In this document: positions 10,081 to 20,564 of the stretch, one piece after another
Numbering within the stretch: the first letter of the stretch is position 1
Layout: each line of letters starts with the position of its first letter
From: a virus
Lineage: Duplodnaviria > Caudoviricetes
IMG/VR virus record: IMGVR_UViG_3300037584_003815
Location: 1 to 24,990 of that record
Strand: one strand, 5' to 3'
DNA length: 24,990 nt
Made by a program: the position numbers and the translations under genes
Notes under the pieces: generated by a model
Databases searched by the model: none
The model's input: the letters and a program-made list of their open reading frames with translations, nothing else
What the model was told of the DNA's origin: nothing

Positions 10081-13000
10081 ATGCCTTTAAATAAGTTAGA
10101 AAATTTTATAAAGAATAGTGAAGGGCGTATTCTTTATGTAAATCCAAATGACCTTGATGCTACTGATGGTATTGAAAATCAAGGAAACTCATTAACAAAA
10201 CCTTTTAAGACCCTACAAAGAGCACTTATTGAATCTGCTAGGTTTTCGTACCTAAGAGGTAATGATAATGATATAGTAGAGAAAACAACTATATTACTAT
10301 TTCCTGGTGAGCACCTTGTAGATAATAGACCAGGATTTGGTATTAAAAATGAAAGTGGTGTAGCAAAAGCAATAAGTCCTGGTGGAACAGAAACTGGAGC
10401 ACAAAATACTCTTACATTAACATTAAATTCTAACTTTGATTTAACACAAGAAGATAATTTACTTTATAAGTTCAATAGTACAGAAGGTGGAGTTATAATT
10501 CCAAGGGGAACCTCTGTCGTTGGACTAGATTTAAGAAAGACGAAAATAAGACCTAAGTATGTTCCTAATCCTACTGATGATAATGTAAAAGGTAGTGCAA
10601 TCTTTAGGGTTACTGGTGCTTGTTATTTCTGGCAATTCTCTGTCTTTGATGGAGATGAAAATACTCTAGTATATACTGATCCAACTACTTTTGATGATAC
10701 CAATCAATCTAAACCAATATTCTCTCACCATAAACTAACAGTATTTGAATATGCTGATGGTGTTAATAAGTTAGATGCTTTTGGTGGATTAACTGATTTA
10801 GATGTTTATTATAGTAAGTTATCTAATGCTTATAATAGGGCATCTGGTAGAGAAGTTGATCAAAAGTTCCCACAGGAGGGAGATTCTTTTGCCAAGCAAA
10901 GACCTGAGTATGAAATAGTTGGTGCTTTTAATTCTGATCGTATTCAGATTACAAGTATTATTTCAGGTGATGGTGCAACACCAGGACAAGTTGTTACTGT
11001 AACTACATCAATTCCACATGAACTAACAGGTGGTACTCCAATTAAGATTGAAGGAGTAAATGCACCTGAATATAATATATCAACAAAGGTATCAAGCGTA
11101 TTAAGTGATAATCAGTTTACATATTTACTACCATTTGTTAAACCATCATTACCTGCTGGTCCTGCAGGTGGACTGAGTGCTGGTAGTGCAGAAGTTAGTG
11201 TAGAAGTTGATACTGTTACTGGTGCATCTCCTTATATCTTTAACTGTTCTTTGAGATCAGTTTATGGTATGCAAGGTATGAAGGCTGATGGTGCAAAGGC
11301 AACTGGATTTAAATCTATGGTTGTTGCCCAGTTCACTGGTGTTTCCTTGCAGAAAGATGATAGGGCATTTGTACAATATAATCCTAATAGTAGAAAATAT
11401 AATGGTATTACATATACCAAACAGGTTGGAGAGAAATTAGCGTCAGAATCATCATCAACTAACCCTGCTCAAGTATTCCATTTAAATAAGGATGCTGTTT
11501 ATAGGGAAGGGTGGAAAACAGCACACGTTACTTTAGCAAACGATGCTGTATTGCAGATCGTTTCTGTATTCGCTATTGGTTATCATATTCACTTCTTAAT
11601 GAAGTCAGGTGGTGACGCATCAATTACAAACTCTAACTCTAACTTCGGTCAGTTTGCTCTTGCTGCTGATGGATTTAAGAAAGAAGCGTTTGATAAGGAT
11701 GATAAAGGATTTATTACATCCGTTGTTACTCCAAGGTCAATTGTATCAACTGATCAAAAAGTTGAGTTAGCACAGTTAGATAAAGCTAAGATTGTTGCTG
11801 CTGCAAATGCTGGACGTTTATATCTTTTAGGACAGACAAACCAAACTGTACCTCCATCTGAGATAGCACAGGGATTTAGAATTGGTGCTAGAGTTGGTGA
11901 GAAAATTTACTTACCAATAGGAGCATCAACTTATAGTACAGAAATTGTAATGGGTTATGATAATGCCCAAGGTACTTTATCTGCTACAACATTTACTTCA
12001 GAGAAACAATATGAGGCAACTCATAATGATACAACTAGTGGATCATCTACATTAATTCATAAATTAACTTGTTCTCTTGCACACACCTTTAAGAATGGTG
12101 AGTCAATTAGAATTATAAAAGAGAATGGAGATCTTCCAGAAGGGTTAGATCCACATACAGTTTATTATGCAATTACTGGAGATAAGAACGCTACAAGACA
12201 AGATGGTATTGGTCTAAGTCAGTATGAGATACAGATTGCATCATCAAAAACTAATGCTGATAGAACGACTCCTGTTTATGTTAAAACGATTAGTAGTCCT
12301 GCTGATGGATCTTTAAAAGTTATTAGTAGAGTTTCTGATAAGGAACCAGGAGAATATGGTCATCCAATGCAGTATGATTCTGTTCAGGGTGGATGGTTTA
12401 TTCATGTTAATGGATCTGATATCTATGATCAGAGAACAAATATATCTGATACAAATGATGAGATACCTTATATTCTTAGACAAACTGATAATAGAAGTTT
12501 AGATGATAAACTTTATAAGTTTAGATATGTTGTTCCTAAAGAATTAAAGAACGCTAGAGATCCTCAAGATAGCTTTGTTATTCAGGAATCAAGTTCTACT
12601 AACGTAAGGGAAGATGCTGATCATACTAGAACTGTAATATCAACAACAGATTATGATTTCGCTAGGAATCATAAATTTATTTCTTATATTGATTTTAATA
12701 TTAGTACTAAGATAGTTACAATTAGATCTGATAAATCTCATAATTTAAATGCTGGTGATCAGATTATTGTTAAGAATGTTATTAGTAACACCAATCAAAA
12801 TGGTGCAGTGGGTCGAGGATATAATGGAACCTTTACAGTAACTAGTGTTACTAATGATAAGATATTCTCTTATTCAACTACTGATATTTTGGGTAATGTG
12901 CATGATGTAGGAACTTGGACTAATAATACTGGTACTAGAAATACCGCACTTCCTAGATTTGAAAGAAATAATAACTCAGATAACTTATTTGTTTATAGAA

Positions 13001-15705
13001 CAGAAACAATAAACAAGTATGTTGAAGGATCTCAGGATGGTGTATATCATCTATATGTTCTGAATAGTAGTAATACTCTTGAGGAAGAATTTTCTGATGC
13101 AAAGTATAATCAAAATGTTGTTAATCTTTATCCTGAATTAGATAGAGATAATATTAATGACAACCCACAAGAAGCAAAGAGTTATGCAAAGAGATTCCCT
13201 CTTGGTGATGTGGTTACTAATGATCTTAAGAAGAGTATTACTAGAGAAACTGCTAATAAATTATTTGCTAACTTCAATATAAGTGATACTATTTCTAGTA
13301 TATCTGGTAATACAGGAGCAAATCCATCTTTAACATTATCAAAAGAGCATAAGTTTAATGGATTAAGAAACATTGGTACTCTTACTGCTGGTTCTGGTCA
13401 TACTGATGGAACATATTACAACATAAAAATCTTTAATAGTGCAAGTGCTCCATCAAGTGCTGTTTGGTATGGTGCAACTGCAAAGGTTGTTGTAGCAAGT
13501 GGATCTGTTACTTCTGTTGAGATTAGTGAACCAGGATCTGGTTATAAAACTGGTGGAGTTGTAGCACAGAATGATAGGTATTACTTAGATTCTTCATTAC
13601 CTGCACAAGGTGGTATTGGTGGAGCTCCTTCTGCATATCTTACTATTACTGATGATGATATTAGTTCTGCAGTAGCAATTACTAATAAGGCACATGGTGA
13701 TTATGTACAAATAACTGGTATTACTACTGGTACTGATGCTTATTATAGAATTTCGGATGTAACTAGCAACACTCAAATTGCAGTTAACAAACCATCTGCA
13801 GATAGAATACTTGAAGGACAGCAAGTAATTACTTTAGGATCAGTTGTTGAAGTTAGTACTTCTACTGGTACTGATGTAACTACATTTAATTGTAGTTCTT
13901 CACATGGATTAACCAAGGGAAATTCAATTAGAGTATTAAATGCTTCTGATGCTAATCTTGGTGATTTAATTGTTACTGAAGTTGTGGATGTTGATACGTT
14001 TACTGCATCAACTCCTGGTGGATTAACAAGTCCTAAGTATATTCTTAAGCATGGTTTATCTGCTAATAATGCTGCTAGTGGTAAGAATGGAGAGAACATA
14101 GGTGTAAGAGCGTTACCATTCTTTGATAGTAGTACATTAAATTTAACTTCTGATATTACAACTACTGATGAGATACCTGTTACATTAACTCTTAATACTG
14201 GATTAAGTTCAGCACAAATTGAAACTGGAATTAAATCTAAGTTCCCATTAGGTTCTTATATTCAAATTGACAGTGAGATGATGAGAATTATCGATGCTGA
14301 TATAAAAACTGGAACTAAGTTAAAAGTTATTCGTGGTGCTTTAGGTACGATTGTTGATAATCATATTAACAATTCTGTAGTTAGAAAGATTCAACCAATC
14401 TCTATTGAATTAAGAAGACCATCTATACTTCGTGCATCTGGTCATACATTTGAATATCTTGGTTATGGTCCAGGTAACTATTCAACTGGTCTTCCACAAG
14501 TTCAGTTAAAGACACCTACTGAAAGGGAAGAGTTCTTATCACAATCACAAGAAACCTCTTGTGGTACTGTTGTTTACACAGGTATGAATGACAAGGGTGA
14601 TTTCTATATTGGAAACACTAAGATTTCATCTGACTCTGGTGAACAGATAACATTTGATATTCCAGTTCCAACTGTAACAGGTGAAGATCCAAGTGCGTTA
14701 AGTGTTGTATTTGATGAAGTAATTATCAAAGATAGATTACTTGTTGAGGGTGGAGCATCTAAACAGATTCTATCTCAGTTCGATGGTCCTGTTACCTTTA
14801 ACGGTAATATAAGATTTAACAAAGCACTTAGATTAACTGAAAGTTTAACTGTTGATGGTGTAACTAAGATTACAAATGAAACAGAATCTACTTCAGATTG
14901 TACTGCTGGAACTTTAGTTGGTGCATTTACTGTAGATGGTGGTGCTGCAATTCGTAAGAGATTGAATGTTTGTGGTGATGTTAAGATCTTCTCTACAACT
15001 CCTTCAACTAGTTCTACTACAGGTGCTTTATATGTTGCAGGTGGAGTTGGAGTTGCTGGTGATACATTCTTAGGTGGTGAATTAACAATTACAGGATCAT
15101 CTAACTTTAATGGTGGAATTAAGTTACCTGACAACGCTAAGGTCATTTTCGGGACTGGATTGGACATGGAAATATTCCATGATTCTACAGATTCGATTAT
15201 CAAAAATGATACTGGTACGTTAAAGATTCAAGGTGGTACTGATGCTGGTGAGAATGTTGAAATACATGCTGGTGGAAATGTCGTCTTCAAAGGATTGAAT
15301 ACTGTAGGTGTATCCGCAGCACAGTTGTTATATAATGGTGCAACTAAATTACAAACTTCAAATAATGGAATTACCATTACGGGTGACTTAGTTGTTTCAG
15401 GTGATATTACTGCTTTCTCAACTTCTGATAGTGCATTAAAAGATAATGTTACTGCTATTCCAAATGCTCTAGATAAAGTTAAGGCAATTACAGGTAATAC
15501 ATTTACTTGGAAGGGATATAGAGATCAGTATCCAGAGGGAGAACAAGATACTGGTGTAATCGCACAAGAGATTGAAGCATTAGGTCTTCCAGGTATAACT
15601 ACTACAAGAGATGGTGGTTATAAAGCAGTTCGTTATGAAAAAATAGTCCCAATTTTAATTGAGGCAATCAAAGAACTATCAGCTAAGGTTGATGCTCTGT
15701 CCTGA
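10081..15705 (+). CDS. Large tail fibre/spike protein with beta-helix region and C-terminal S74-type intramolecular chaperone
   Basis: 1874 aa. ILYVNPND...GNSLTKPFKTLQRAL cap; TGALYVAGGVGV fibre repeats; C-terminal SDSALKDN...GVIAQEIE...VRYEKIVPILIEAIKEL (15424..15705). Confidence 0.85.
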   Translation: MPLNKLENFIKNSEGRILYVNPNDLDATDGIENQGNSLTKPFKTLQRALIESARFSYLRGNDNDIVEKTTILLFPGEHLVDNRPGFGIKNESGVAKAISPGGTETGAQNTLTLTLNSNFDLTQEDNLLYKFNSTEGGVIIPRGTSVVGLDLRKTKIRPKYVPNPTDDNVKGSAIFRVTGACYFWQFSVFDGDENTLVYTDPTTFDDTNQSKPIFSHHKLTVFEYADGVNKLDAFGGLTDLDVYYSKLSNAYNRASGREVDQKFPQEGDSFAKQRPEYEIVGAFNSDRIQITSIISGDGATPGQVVTVTTSIPHELTGGTPIKIEGVNAPEYNISTKVSSVLSDNQFTYLLPFVKPSLPAGPAGGLSAGSAEVSVEVDTVTGASPYIFNCSLRSVYGMQGMKADGAKATGFKSMVVAQFTGVSLQKDDRAFVQYNPNSRKYNGITYTKQVGEKLASESSSTNPAQVFHLNKDAVYREGWKTAHVTLANDAVLQIVSVFAIGYHIHFLMKSGGDASITNSNSNFGQFALAADGFKKEAFDKDDKGFITSVVTPRSIVSTDQKVELAQLDKAKIVAAANAGRLYLLGQTNQTVPPSEIAQGFRIGARVGEKIYLPIGASTYSTEIVMGYDNAQGTLSATTFTSEKQYEATHNDTTSGSSTLIHKLTCSLAHTFKNGESIRIIKENGDLPEGLDPHTVYYAITGDKNATRQDGIGLSQYEIQIASSKTNADRTTPVYVKTISSPADGSLKVISRVSDKEPGEYGHPMQYDSVQGGWFIHVNGSDIYDQRTNISDTNDEIPYILRQTDNRSLDDKLYKFRYVVPKELKNARDPQDSFVIQESSSTNVREDADHTRTVISTTDYDFARNHKFISYIDFNISTKIVTIRSDKSHNLNAGDQIIVKNVISNTNQNGAVGRGYNGTFTVTSVTNDKIFSYSTTDILGNVHDVGTWTNNTGTRNTALPRFERNNNSDNLFVYRTETINKYVEGSQDGVYHLYVLNSSNTLEEEFSDAKYNQNVVNLYPELDRDNINDNPQEAKSYAKRFPLGDVVTNDLKKSITRETANKLFANFNISDTISSISGNTGANPSLTLSKEHKFNGLRNIGTLTAGSGHTDGTYYNIKIFNSASAPSSAVWYGATAKVVVASGSVTSVEISEPGSGYKTGGVVAQNDRYYLDSSLPAQGGIGGAPSAYLTITDDDISSAVAITNKAHGDYVQITGITTGTDAYYRISDVTSNTQIAVNKPSADRILEGQQVITLGSVVEVSTSTGTDVTTFNCSSSHGLTKGNSIRVLNASDANLGDLIVTEVVDVDTFTASTPGGLTSPKYILKHGLSANNAASGKNGENIGVRALPFFDSSTLNLTSDITTTDEIPVTLTLNTGLSSAQIETGIKSKFPLGSYIQIDSEMMRIIDADIKTGTKLKVIRGALGTIVDNHINNSVVRKIQPISIELRRPSILRASGHTFEYLGYGPGNYSTGLPQVQLKTPTEREEFLSQSQETSCGTVVYTGMNDKGDFYIGNTKISSDSGEQITFDIPVPTVTGEDPSALSVVFDEVIIKDRLLVEGGASKQILSQFDGPVTFNGNIRFNKALRLTESLTVDGVTKITNETESTSDCTAGTLVGAFTVDGGAAIRKRLNVCGDVKIFSTTPSTSSTTGALYVAGGVGVAGDTFLGGELTITGSSNFNGGIKLPDNAKVIFGTGLDMEIFHDSTDSIIKNDTGTLKIQGGTDAGENVEIHAGGNVVFKGLNTVGVSAAQLLYNGATKLQTSNNGITITGDLVVSGDITAFSTSDSALKDNVTAIPNALDKVKAITGNTFTWKGYRDQYPEGEQDTGVIAQEIEALGLPGITTTRDGGYKAVRYEKIVPILIEAIKELSAKVDALS

Positions 15706-15711
15706 TAAATA
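15705..15711 (+). promoter_or_regulatory. T4-like late promoter (ATAAATA)
   Basis: ATAAATA at the stop of the upstream gene, 17 nt before ATG 15729. Confidence 0.6.
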
Positions 15712-15728
15712 ACTAAAAATTAATATAA

Positions 15729-17708
15729 ATGGCTAATATTAAGAAGTCCTTTAGTTTTCGTAATGGTGTTCAGGTTGATGATGACAATTTTCTCGTTAAT
15801 CAAACGGGTCTGGTAGGTATTGGAACAACCGTTCCTACTGAGGCACTTGATGTTCGAGGAAAAGTCAAAGTTATTGGTGAAGTAAATGCTACTTCAGGAC
15901 TTATTACAAGTTTAGTCATAAGTGATACATTAACAGTTAACAGTTTAGATTTTGCTGCTGGTGAGATTGGTGCTGGTATTAGTGTTGGTACTGCTGGTAT
16001 TATAACCGCAACAGACCCAACTGGTCTTGTTACTTACTTTGGTGATGGTAAGAATCTATTGAATCTACCAACATCACAGTGGTTAGATAAGGACGTTGGT
16101 TTAGGATATACGAGTATATACTCTCAAGGTGCAGTTGGTATTGCAACTGTTGATCCAAGATTCTTCTTACAGATTGGTGGTAATAATGATCTAGGAACAT
16201 TTAATGAAGGTGTAGGAATAAACTCTACAGGTAATGTTGTAGCAACAGGTATAGTAACTGCTGGAATAGGATTTACTGGAGATTTAAGAGGTAATATTGT
16301 TAGTGGTTTATCTACATTTACTCAGGTAGAAGCATCTAACGTTAATGTAACAGGTATTATAACTGCTATTGAAGGTGAGAACTTAATACCATTCTACTAT
16401 CTCAATCAAAGTAATTTACCTAGTCCACTTACAAGTAAAGGTGCTTTTGCTCAAGTTTTTGCAACTAATAGAGCATATTTTGCAGATGATGGAAGTTGGA
16501 AAGAGATTGTTAATAGAGAAACAAACGGAACTGTTGGAACAGGAACAGATACTTACAATATTGATAGTTTAACTTCTAATACAATTACAGGAACCGTAAG
16601 TGGTAATATAACTGGTAATATTAATTCTTCTGGAATTTCAACCTTTAATGAAATCAAAGTAACTGGAAGTATTTCTGGAGATACGGTTTCTGGTGTTCTT
16701 ACAACAGGTTCTTTAAATTCTACTAATTCTAATATTGGTATAGCAACTGCTGGATCTTTAGATATTCAGAATAAGTTAGCTGTTGGTAAGATTAATCCTG
16801 CAAAGAATGTAGAAATCTTTAGTGTTGGTATTACTACTGTTGATGTATTAGGTGCAAAGGCAGCAGTTCTACAGTTGGGTCAAAAAGCATCAATTGGAAT
16901 TGGTGAAAGTACAGCACAATTTAAGTTTGGTGAATCAAGTAAAACTCTTGAAATATTTAATGGAGATACTGGAGATTTTACTCAAGCACTTCACGCTGGT
17001 AATTTTGTTGGTGTAAATACTGGATCATTTAATTGGCTTTATGGTCAAACAAATGAAACATTAATGACTCTTGATTATAAGGGTAATTTGGGTATTGGTA
17101 AAACGGTTGCTGAATATCCATTAGATGTTGCTGGAATAGCAACATTCTCAGACGATGTTTTTGTTAAGAGTACTTTAGATGTTGGTGCTAGTTTAACAGT
17201 TGGTGGTAATTTACAAGTTGATGGTGTATTTAATTATCCATTACCTTCAGTAATAAGTGGATCAAATGTTAATAATAGTACAGGTATTTCAACCTTCTTG
17301 AATATTCAAGTTTCTGAAACTATATCAGGTGTGAGTACGATTGGTATTGGAACTGCTAATATTGCTAAGAATGTTGCTATAGATGCTCCATTTGGTACAG
17401 CAATATTTAATAAGGTAGGTATTGGAACCACTGGACCAGTTGCTCAATTGGAAGTAGATGGTGCAACTCATATTAAGAAGTTCTTTGCAGTTGGTAGTCA
17501 AGGTGCGAGTGCTGCTGTTGACTTCTCTAATGCTGGTAGAGGAGATTTATTAGTACCACAACAGAATAAAATGTTTATGATTCCTCCAAAAGTTACTTCA
17601 ACTGAAAGAGGTAATTTGACTGATTTGCAAGCAGGTGCAATTATATACAATACATCTACTAATAAACTACAAGTTTATAATGGTAGTAGTTGGGCAAACC
17701 TTCACTAA
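15729..17708 (+). CDS. Tail fibre-like structural protein with GIGT / GIITA repeats
   Basis: 659 aa. Repeated VGIGTT, VGIAT, LGIGKT, GIITA, GISTF units; C-terminal GAIIYNTSTNKLQVYNGSSW module. Confidence 0.75.
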   Translation: MANIKKSFSFRNGVQVDDDNFLVNQTGLVGIGTTVPTEALDVRGKVKVIGEVNATSGLITSLVISDTLTVNSLDFAAGEIGAGISVGTAGIITATDPTGLVTYFGDGKNLLNLPTSQWLDKDVGLGYTSIYSQGAVGIATVDPRFFLQIGGNNDLGTFNEGVGINSTGNVVATGIVTAGIGFTGDLRGNIVSGLSTFTQVEASNVNVTGIITAIEGENLIPFYYLNQSNLPSPLTSKGAFAQVFATNRAYFADDGSWKEIVNRETNGTVGTGTDTYNIDSLTSNTITGTVSGNITGNINSSGISTFNEIKVTGSISGDTVSGVLTTGSLNSTNSNIGIATAGSLDIQNKLAVGKINPAKNVEIFSVGITTVDVLGAKAAVLQLGQKASIGIGESTAQFKFGESSKTLEIFNGDTGDFTQALHAGNFVGVNTGSFNWLYGQTNETLMTLDYKGNLGIGKTVAEYPLDVAGIATFSDDVFVKSTLDVGASLTVGGNLQVDGVFNYPLPSVISGSNVNNSTGISTFLNIQVSETISGVSTIGIGTANIAKNVAIDAPFGTAIFNKVGIGTTGPVAQLEVDGATHIKKFFAVGSQGASAAVDFSNAGRGDLLVPQQNKMFMIPPKVTSTERGNLTDLQAGAIIYNTSTNKLQVYNGSSWANLH

Positions 17709-17718
17709 CGTATAGTTA

Positions 17719-20421
17719 ATGAGTATTAGTGTAACAAAGGCAGGACCATATTTCGCTTCAGGTGAAATTAAGTGGAGTCAACTTAGATCAAATTTTAAAG
17801 AAACTTCTAGTGGATCTATTTCTGCCTCTGAGTTGTTTAGGAATACTAGAAAGGAAGAAAGAAATCCTGTAGTCCCTGATTCTACTGAAAATACTTCTAT
17901 ACCCGAAGATACCTATGCAAATGGAACATTTGATGGAGTAGGTACTGATTGGAAAGCATCTTTGATGCGAAATTCTATTAAGAGATATACTGCAAATCAA
18001 TCTGGTAATGATAAATTCTTGGATATGGGTCTAAAGAATGGTTCAGATGGAATTGATTGGGATGGTAATAATAACTTAGATGCCTCTGGTGCAACAACTG
18101 GAAATTATCAAAGAAATGTACAAAAGATAATTAATATAACTGGACAGGCATATTCTGACGATACTGGTACTAATGGATTAACTGGTGATGGTGGAGTAGG
18201 AAGTGGTAAAAAACCAGGTGCTAAATTGGTATTGCCATCACCATTAAAAGCATTGAATACAAGGATTCATGTTAGTGGTGGAATATACGGTTCTGCTGGA
18301 AGGGCAGGATTTTTTAATTTTAATACTCAGGCAGATAAAACATTAAGTGATCCTGGTAAAGATGCAGGAGCAGCATTAACAATTAGACACGAAGGATCTG
18401 AGAGTAGAACTACAATTCATATTGAAGGTAGTGGTAAGATTTATGGTGGTGGTGGAGGAGGAGAACAAGGACAAATGGGTGCATTACCTGTCCAAGCAGG
18501 TCTTTGTGACAGAGGATATTCAACATCTTGTAGTACATCACTATCAATGGGTGGATTTACTGATGGATGTTCAGGTGGTGGCGATCCATGTCCTGGTGGT
18601 TCAGTATATGCTACACTCTTTATTGCAACATTACCCTGTTCTCCAGGAACTTGGGCAAATCCTACTAATGGATTTGGTACAATTTATGGTCACATGTGCC
18701 AATATACTTCATGTTCTACCGTATATCTAGGATCTTATACTTCAACTACACCCGAACAAGGTAGAGGTGGTGCTGGTGGTGAAGGTGCTGGATGGGGATT
18801 TAGAAATTTTGTTGGTGGTGGTCCACAAGAAAGGCAATCAGGTTCTGCTGGAATACCGAATGTCCCTGCTAAATGTTCTGGTGGAGAAAATCCTGATGGT
18901 GCTGCAAACTCAACTCCTGGTGGTGCAGGTGGAGATGGTGGTGATTATGGTCAACCAGGTGGAAGCACTCTTGGTAAAAGTCCTCTTGCTACTGGTCTAG
19001 ATCAGGGAGAAGGTGGTGGTAAAGGTGGTGCTGCAATATGTGGTAAGTTTTTTGATCCAAACATTCAAGGATCTCAAGGTGCTGCTAGTGTAAAAGGTAG
19101 TGTTGGACTAGAATGTGATGGATCTGCTGGAACCCCAGTTCCTCCTGGTCAAGTTCCTGTTGTATCAGTAGAACATACTCAACATATTAGATTTAACTTT
19201 CCAGAAAATGATGCAACAGGTAAGCAAACATTAAACGTAACTAGTGCTTCTGACGGAACACAAGTTCAATGTAAATTCTATCAAACACAAGATGATTATT
19301 CTGATGTTGGTGGAGTAGCATTTGACAAGATCGAGATTAAGAATTCCTCTGGAACTGTCGTATATTCATATACCAGATCTGTTAATAGAATTAATACTTA
19401 TCTATCTCCTGTTTTAACTTTACCTGAAGGATTGTATGATGTAGAGTTTACTAATCTATCTCAAGCTGGAAATAGACCAGCAAACGGTGGTAATTATTTG
19501 AGAAACGAGAGAATAAAAGAATACGGACAGAAACTAGTTTTCCATGATGATGGAAATAATCCTAATAAGAGAAATGGTGATCTTACAATAGTTCCTGCTA
19601 ACTGGTCTCCTGCTACTACAACAACATGGGTTAATTCATATGATTCTGCATTACATAGTGGTAAAGATTCTAATGGAGATTGGGAATATATTGCAATGAA
19701 GCAATATTGGTCACAGTTTATGCGTGATTATGCTGCTTGGGAAAATAGCACTGATCCAAAAACACAGAATGGAGATGTTTCATTTACTAACACTTGGGTT
19801 TGGAAGATAACTGATACTGCTAAAGTTGGACAATACACGTTCGAGATTCAGTCAGATAATAGATGTGAGTGGAATATAGATGCTATTCCAAAAGGAGCTA
19901 CTACTGACTATGATAGTCATTACCCTGCCAATTCCAATACCAGTCAAATGGGTAAATGGGAAACTACAGGTACTTCTGGTGGAATAAGTTATACTGATGG
20001 TACACCATATACACAAGGATTTGGTTTAGGAGATCATACAATAACAATTAAATGTTTTAATAGAAAATTTGTTTCAGGTAATGATCCTGAAGATTGGCAA
20101 CATAACCCTGCTGGAGTGGCATTTACTCTGAAAGATCCTCAAGGAAATATTGTATTAACATCTTCTGATTTGGATCAAACTGAAGGAACTACTTTTGGTA
20201 GAGGAACTATTTCATGGAGTGCTACGAATGTAGATCCTGCTGGTAATGCTACTGATTCTGTTTATGCAGTAATGAATCCTTTTGATGGTAATTTCATTAT
20301 TACACCTAATGTAACATCTGGACAGTCAACATTTGCACCTACCTTTGGTCAGCAAAGATATGAGATATATGCTTCCAATACTAATGGAACATCATTCCCT
20401 GCGGTAGTAACCATTAAATAA
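17719..20421 (+). CDS. Putative receptor-binding adhesin (gp38-like polyglycine region) with Cys-rich loop and C-terminal beta-rich domains
   Basis: 900 aa. IHVSGGIYGSAGRAG and IHIEGSGKIYGGGGGG...GGAGG...GGKGGAAI. C-terminal YTFEIQSDN...GDHTITI...NPAGVAF region reminiscent of PA14-like domains. Confidence 0.65.
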   Translation: MSISVTKAGPYFASGEIKWSQLRSNFKETSSGSISASELFRNTRKEERNPVVPDSTENTSIPEDTYANGTFDGVGTDWKASLMRNSIKRYTANQSGNDKFLDMGLKNGSDGIDWDGNNNLDASGATTGNYQRNVQKIINITGQAYSDDTGTNGLTGDGGVGSGKKPGAKLVLPSPLKALNTRIHVSGGIYGSAGRAGFFNFNTQADKTLSDPGKDAGAALTIRHEGSESRTTIHIEGSGKIYGGGGGGEQGQMGALPVQAGLCDRGYSTSCSTSLSMGGFTDGCSGGGDPCPGGSVYATLFIATLPCSPGTWANPTNGFGTIYGHMCQYTSCSTVYLGSYTSTTPEQGRGGAGGEGAGWGFRNFVGGGPQERQSGSAGIPNVPAKCSGGENPDGAANSTPGGAGGDGGDYGQPGGSTLGKSPLATGLDQGEGGGKGGAAICGKFFDPNIQGSQGAASVKGSVGLECDGSAGTPVPPGQVPVVSVEHTQHIRFNFPENDATGKQTLNVTSASDGTQVQCKFYQTQDDYSDVGGVAFDKIEIKNSSGTVVYSYTRSVNRINTYLSPVLTLPEGLYDVEFTNLSQAGNRPANGGNYLRNERIKEYGQKLVFHDDGNNPNKRNGDLTIVPANWSPATTTTWVNSYDSALHSGKDSNGDWEYIAMKQYWSQFMRDYAAWENSTDPKTQNGDVSFTNTWVWKITDTAKVGQYTFEIQSDNRCEWNIDAIPKGATTDYDSHYPANSNTSQMGKWETTGTSGGISYTDGTPYTQGFGLGDHTITIKCFNRKFVSGNDPEDWQHNPAGVAFTLKDPQGNIVLTSSDLDQTEGTTFGRGTISWSATNVDPAGNATDSVYAVMNPFDGNFIITPNVTSGQSTFAPTFGQQRYEIYASNTNGTSFPAVVTIK

Positions 20422-20488
20422 GTCAAACTTACGATCATCATACATACCTTTGTATGGTTTGTAGGACAAGCTTTATATTTTTTTAAGA

Positions 20489-20543
20489 ACCAGTGGCAGA
20501 TCTGGCACAAAAACCCCCACAGGGGTTTTTTTATTGCTATAAT
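20489..20543 (+). promoter_or_regulatory. Putative early promoter: CAG-N9-TGGCACA box plus extended -10 TGCTATAAT
   Basis: ACCAGTGGCAGATCTGGCACA (20489-20509) and TGCTATAAT (20535-20543). Same layout recurs at 21864..21919. Confidence 0.65.
20509..20532 (+). terminator. Rho-independent terminator-like hairpin, possibly bidirectional
   Basis: AAAAACCCC-CACA-GGGGTTTTTTT, downstream of the late structural cluster. Confidence 0.65.
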
Positions 20544-20564
20544 AGAAATAACAAATAAAGGTAA

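Noticed and set aside
15424-15441. S74 motif reads SDSALK rather than SDxRLK, suggesting inactivation
   Set aside because: The catalytic Ser and Lys positions and the downstream GVIAQE motif are retained, so loss of function is unsupported.
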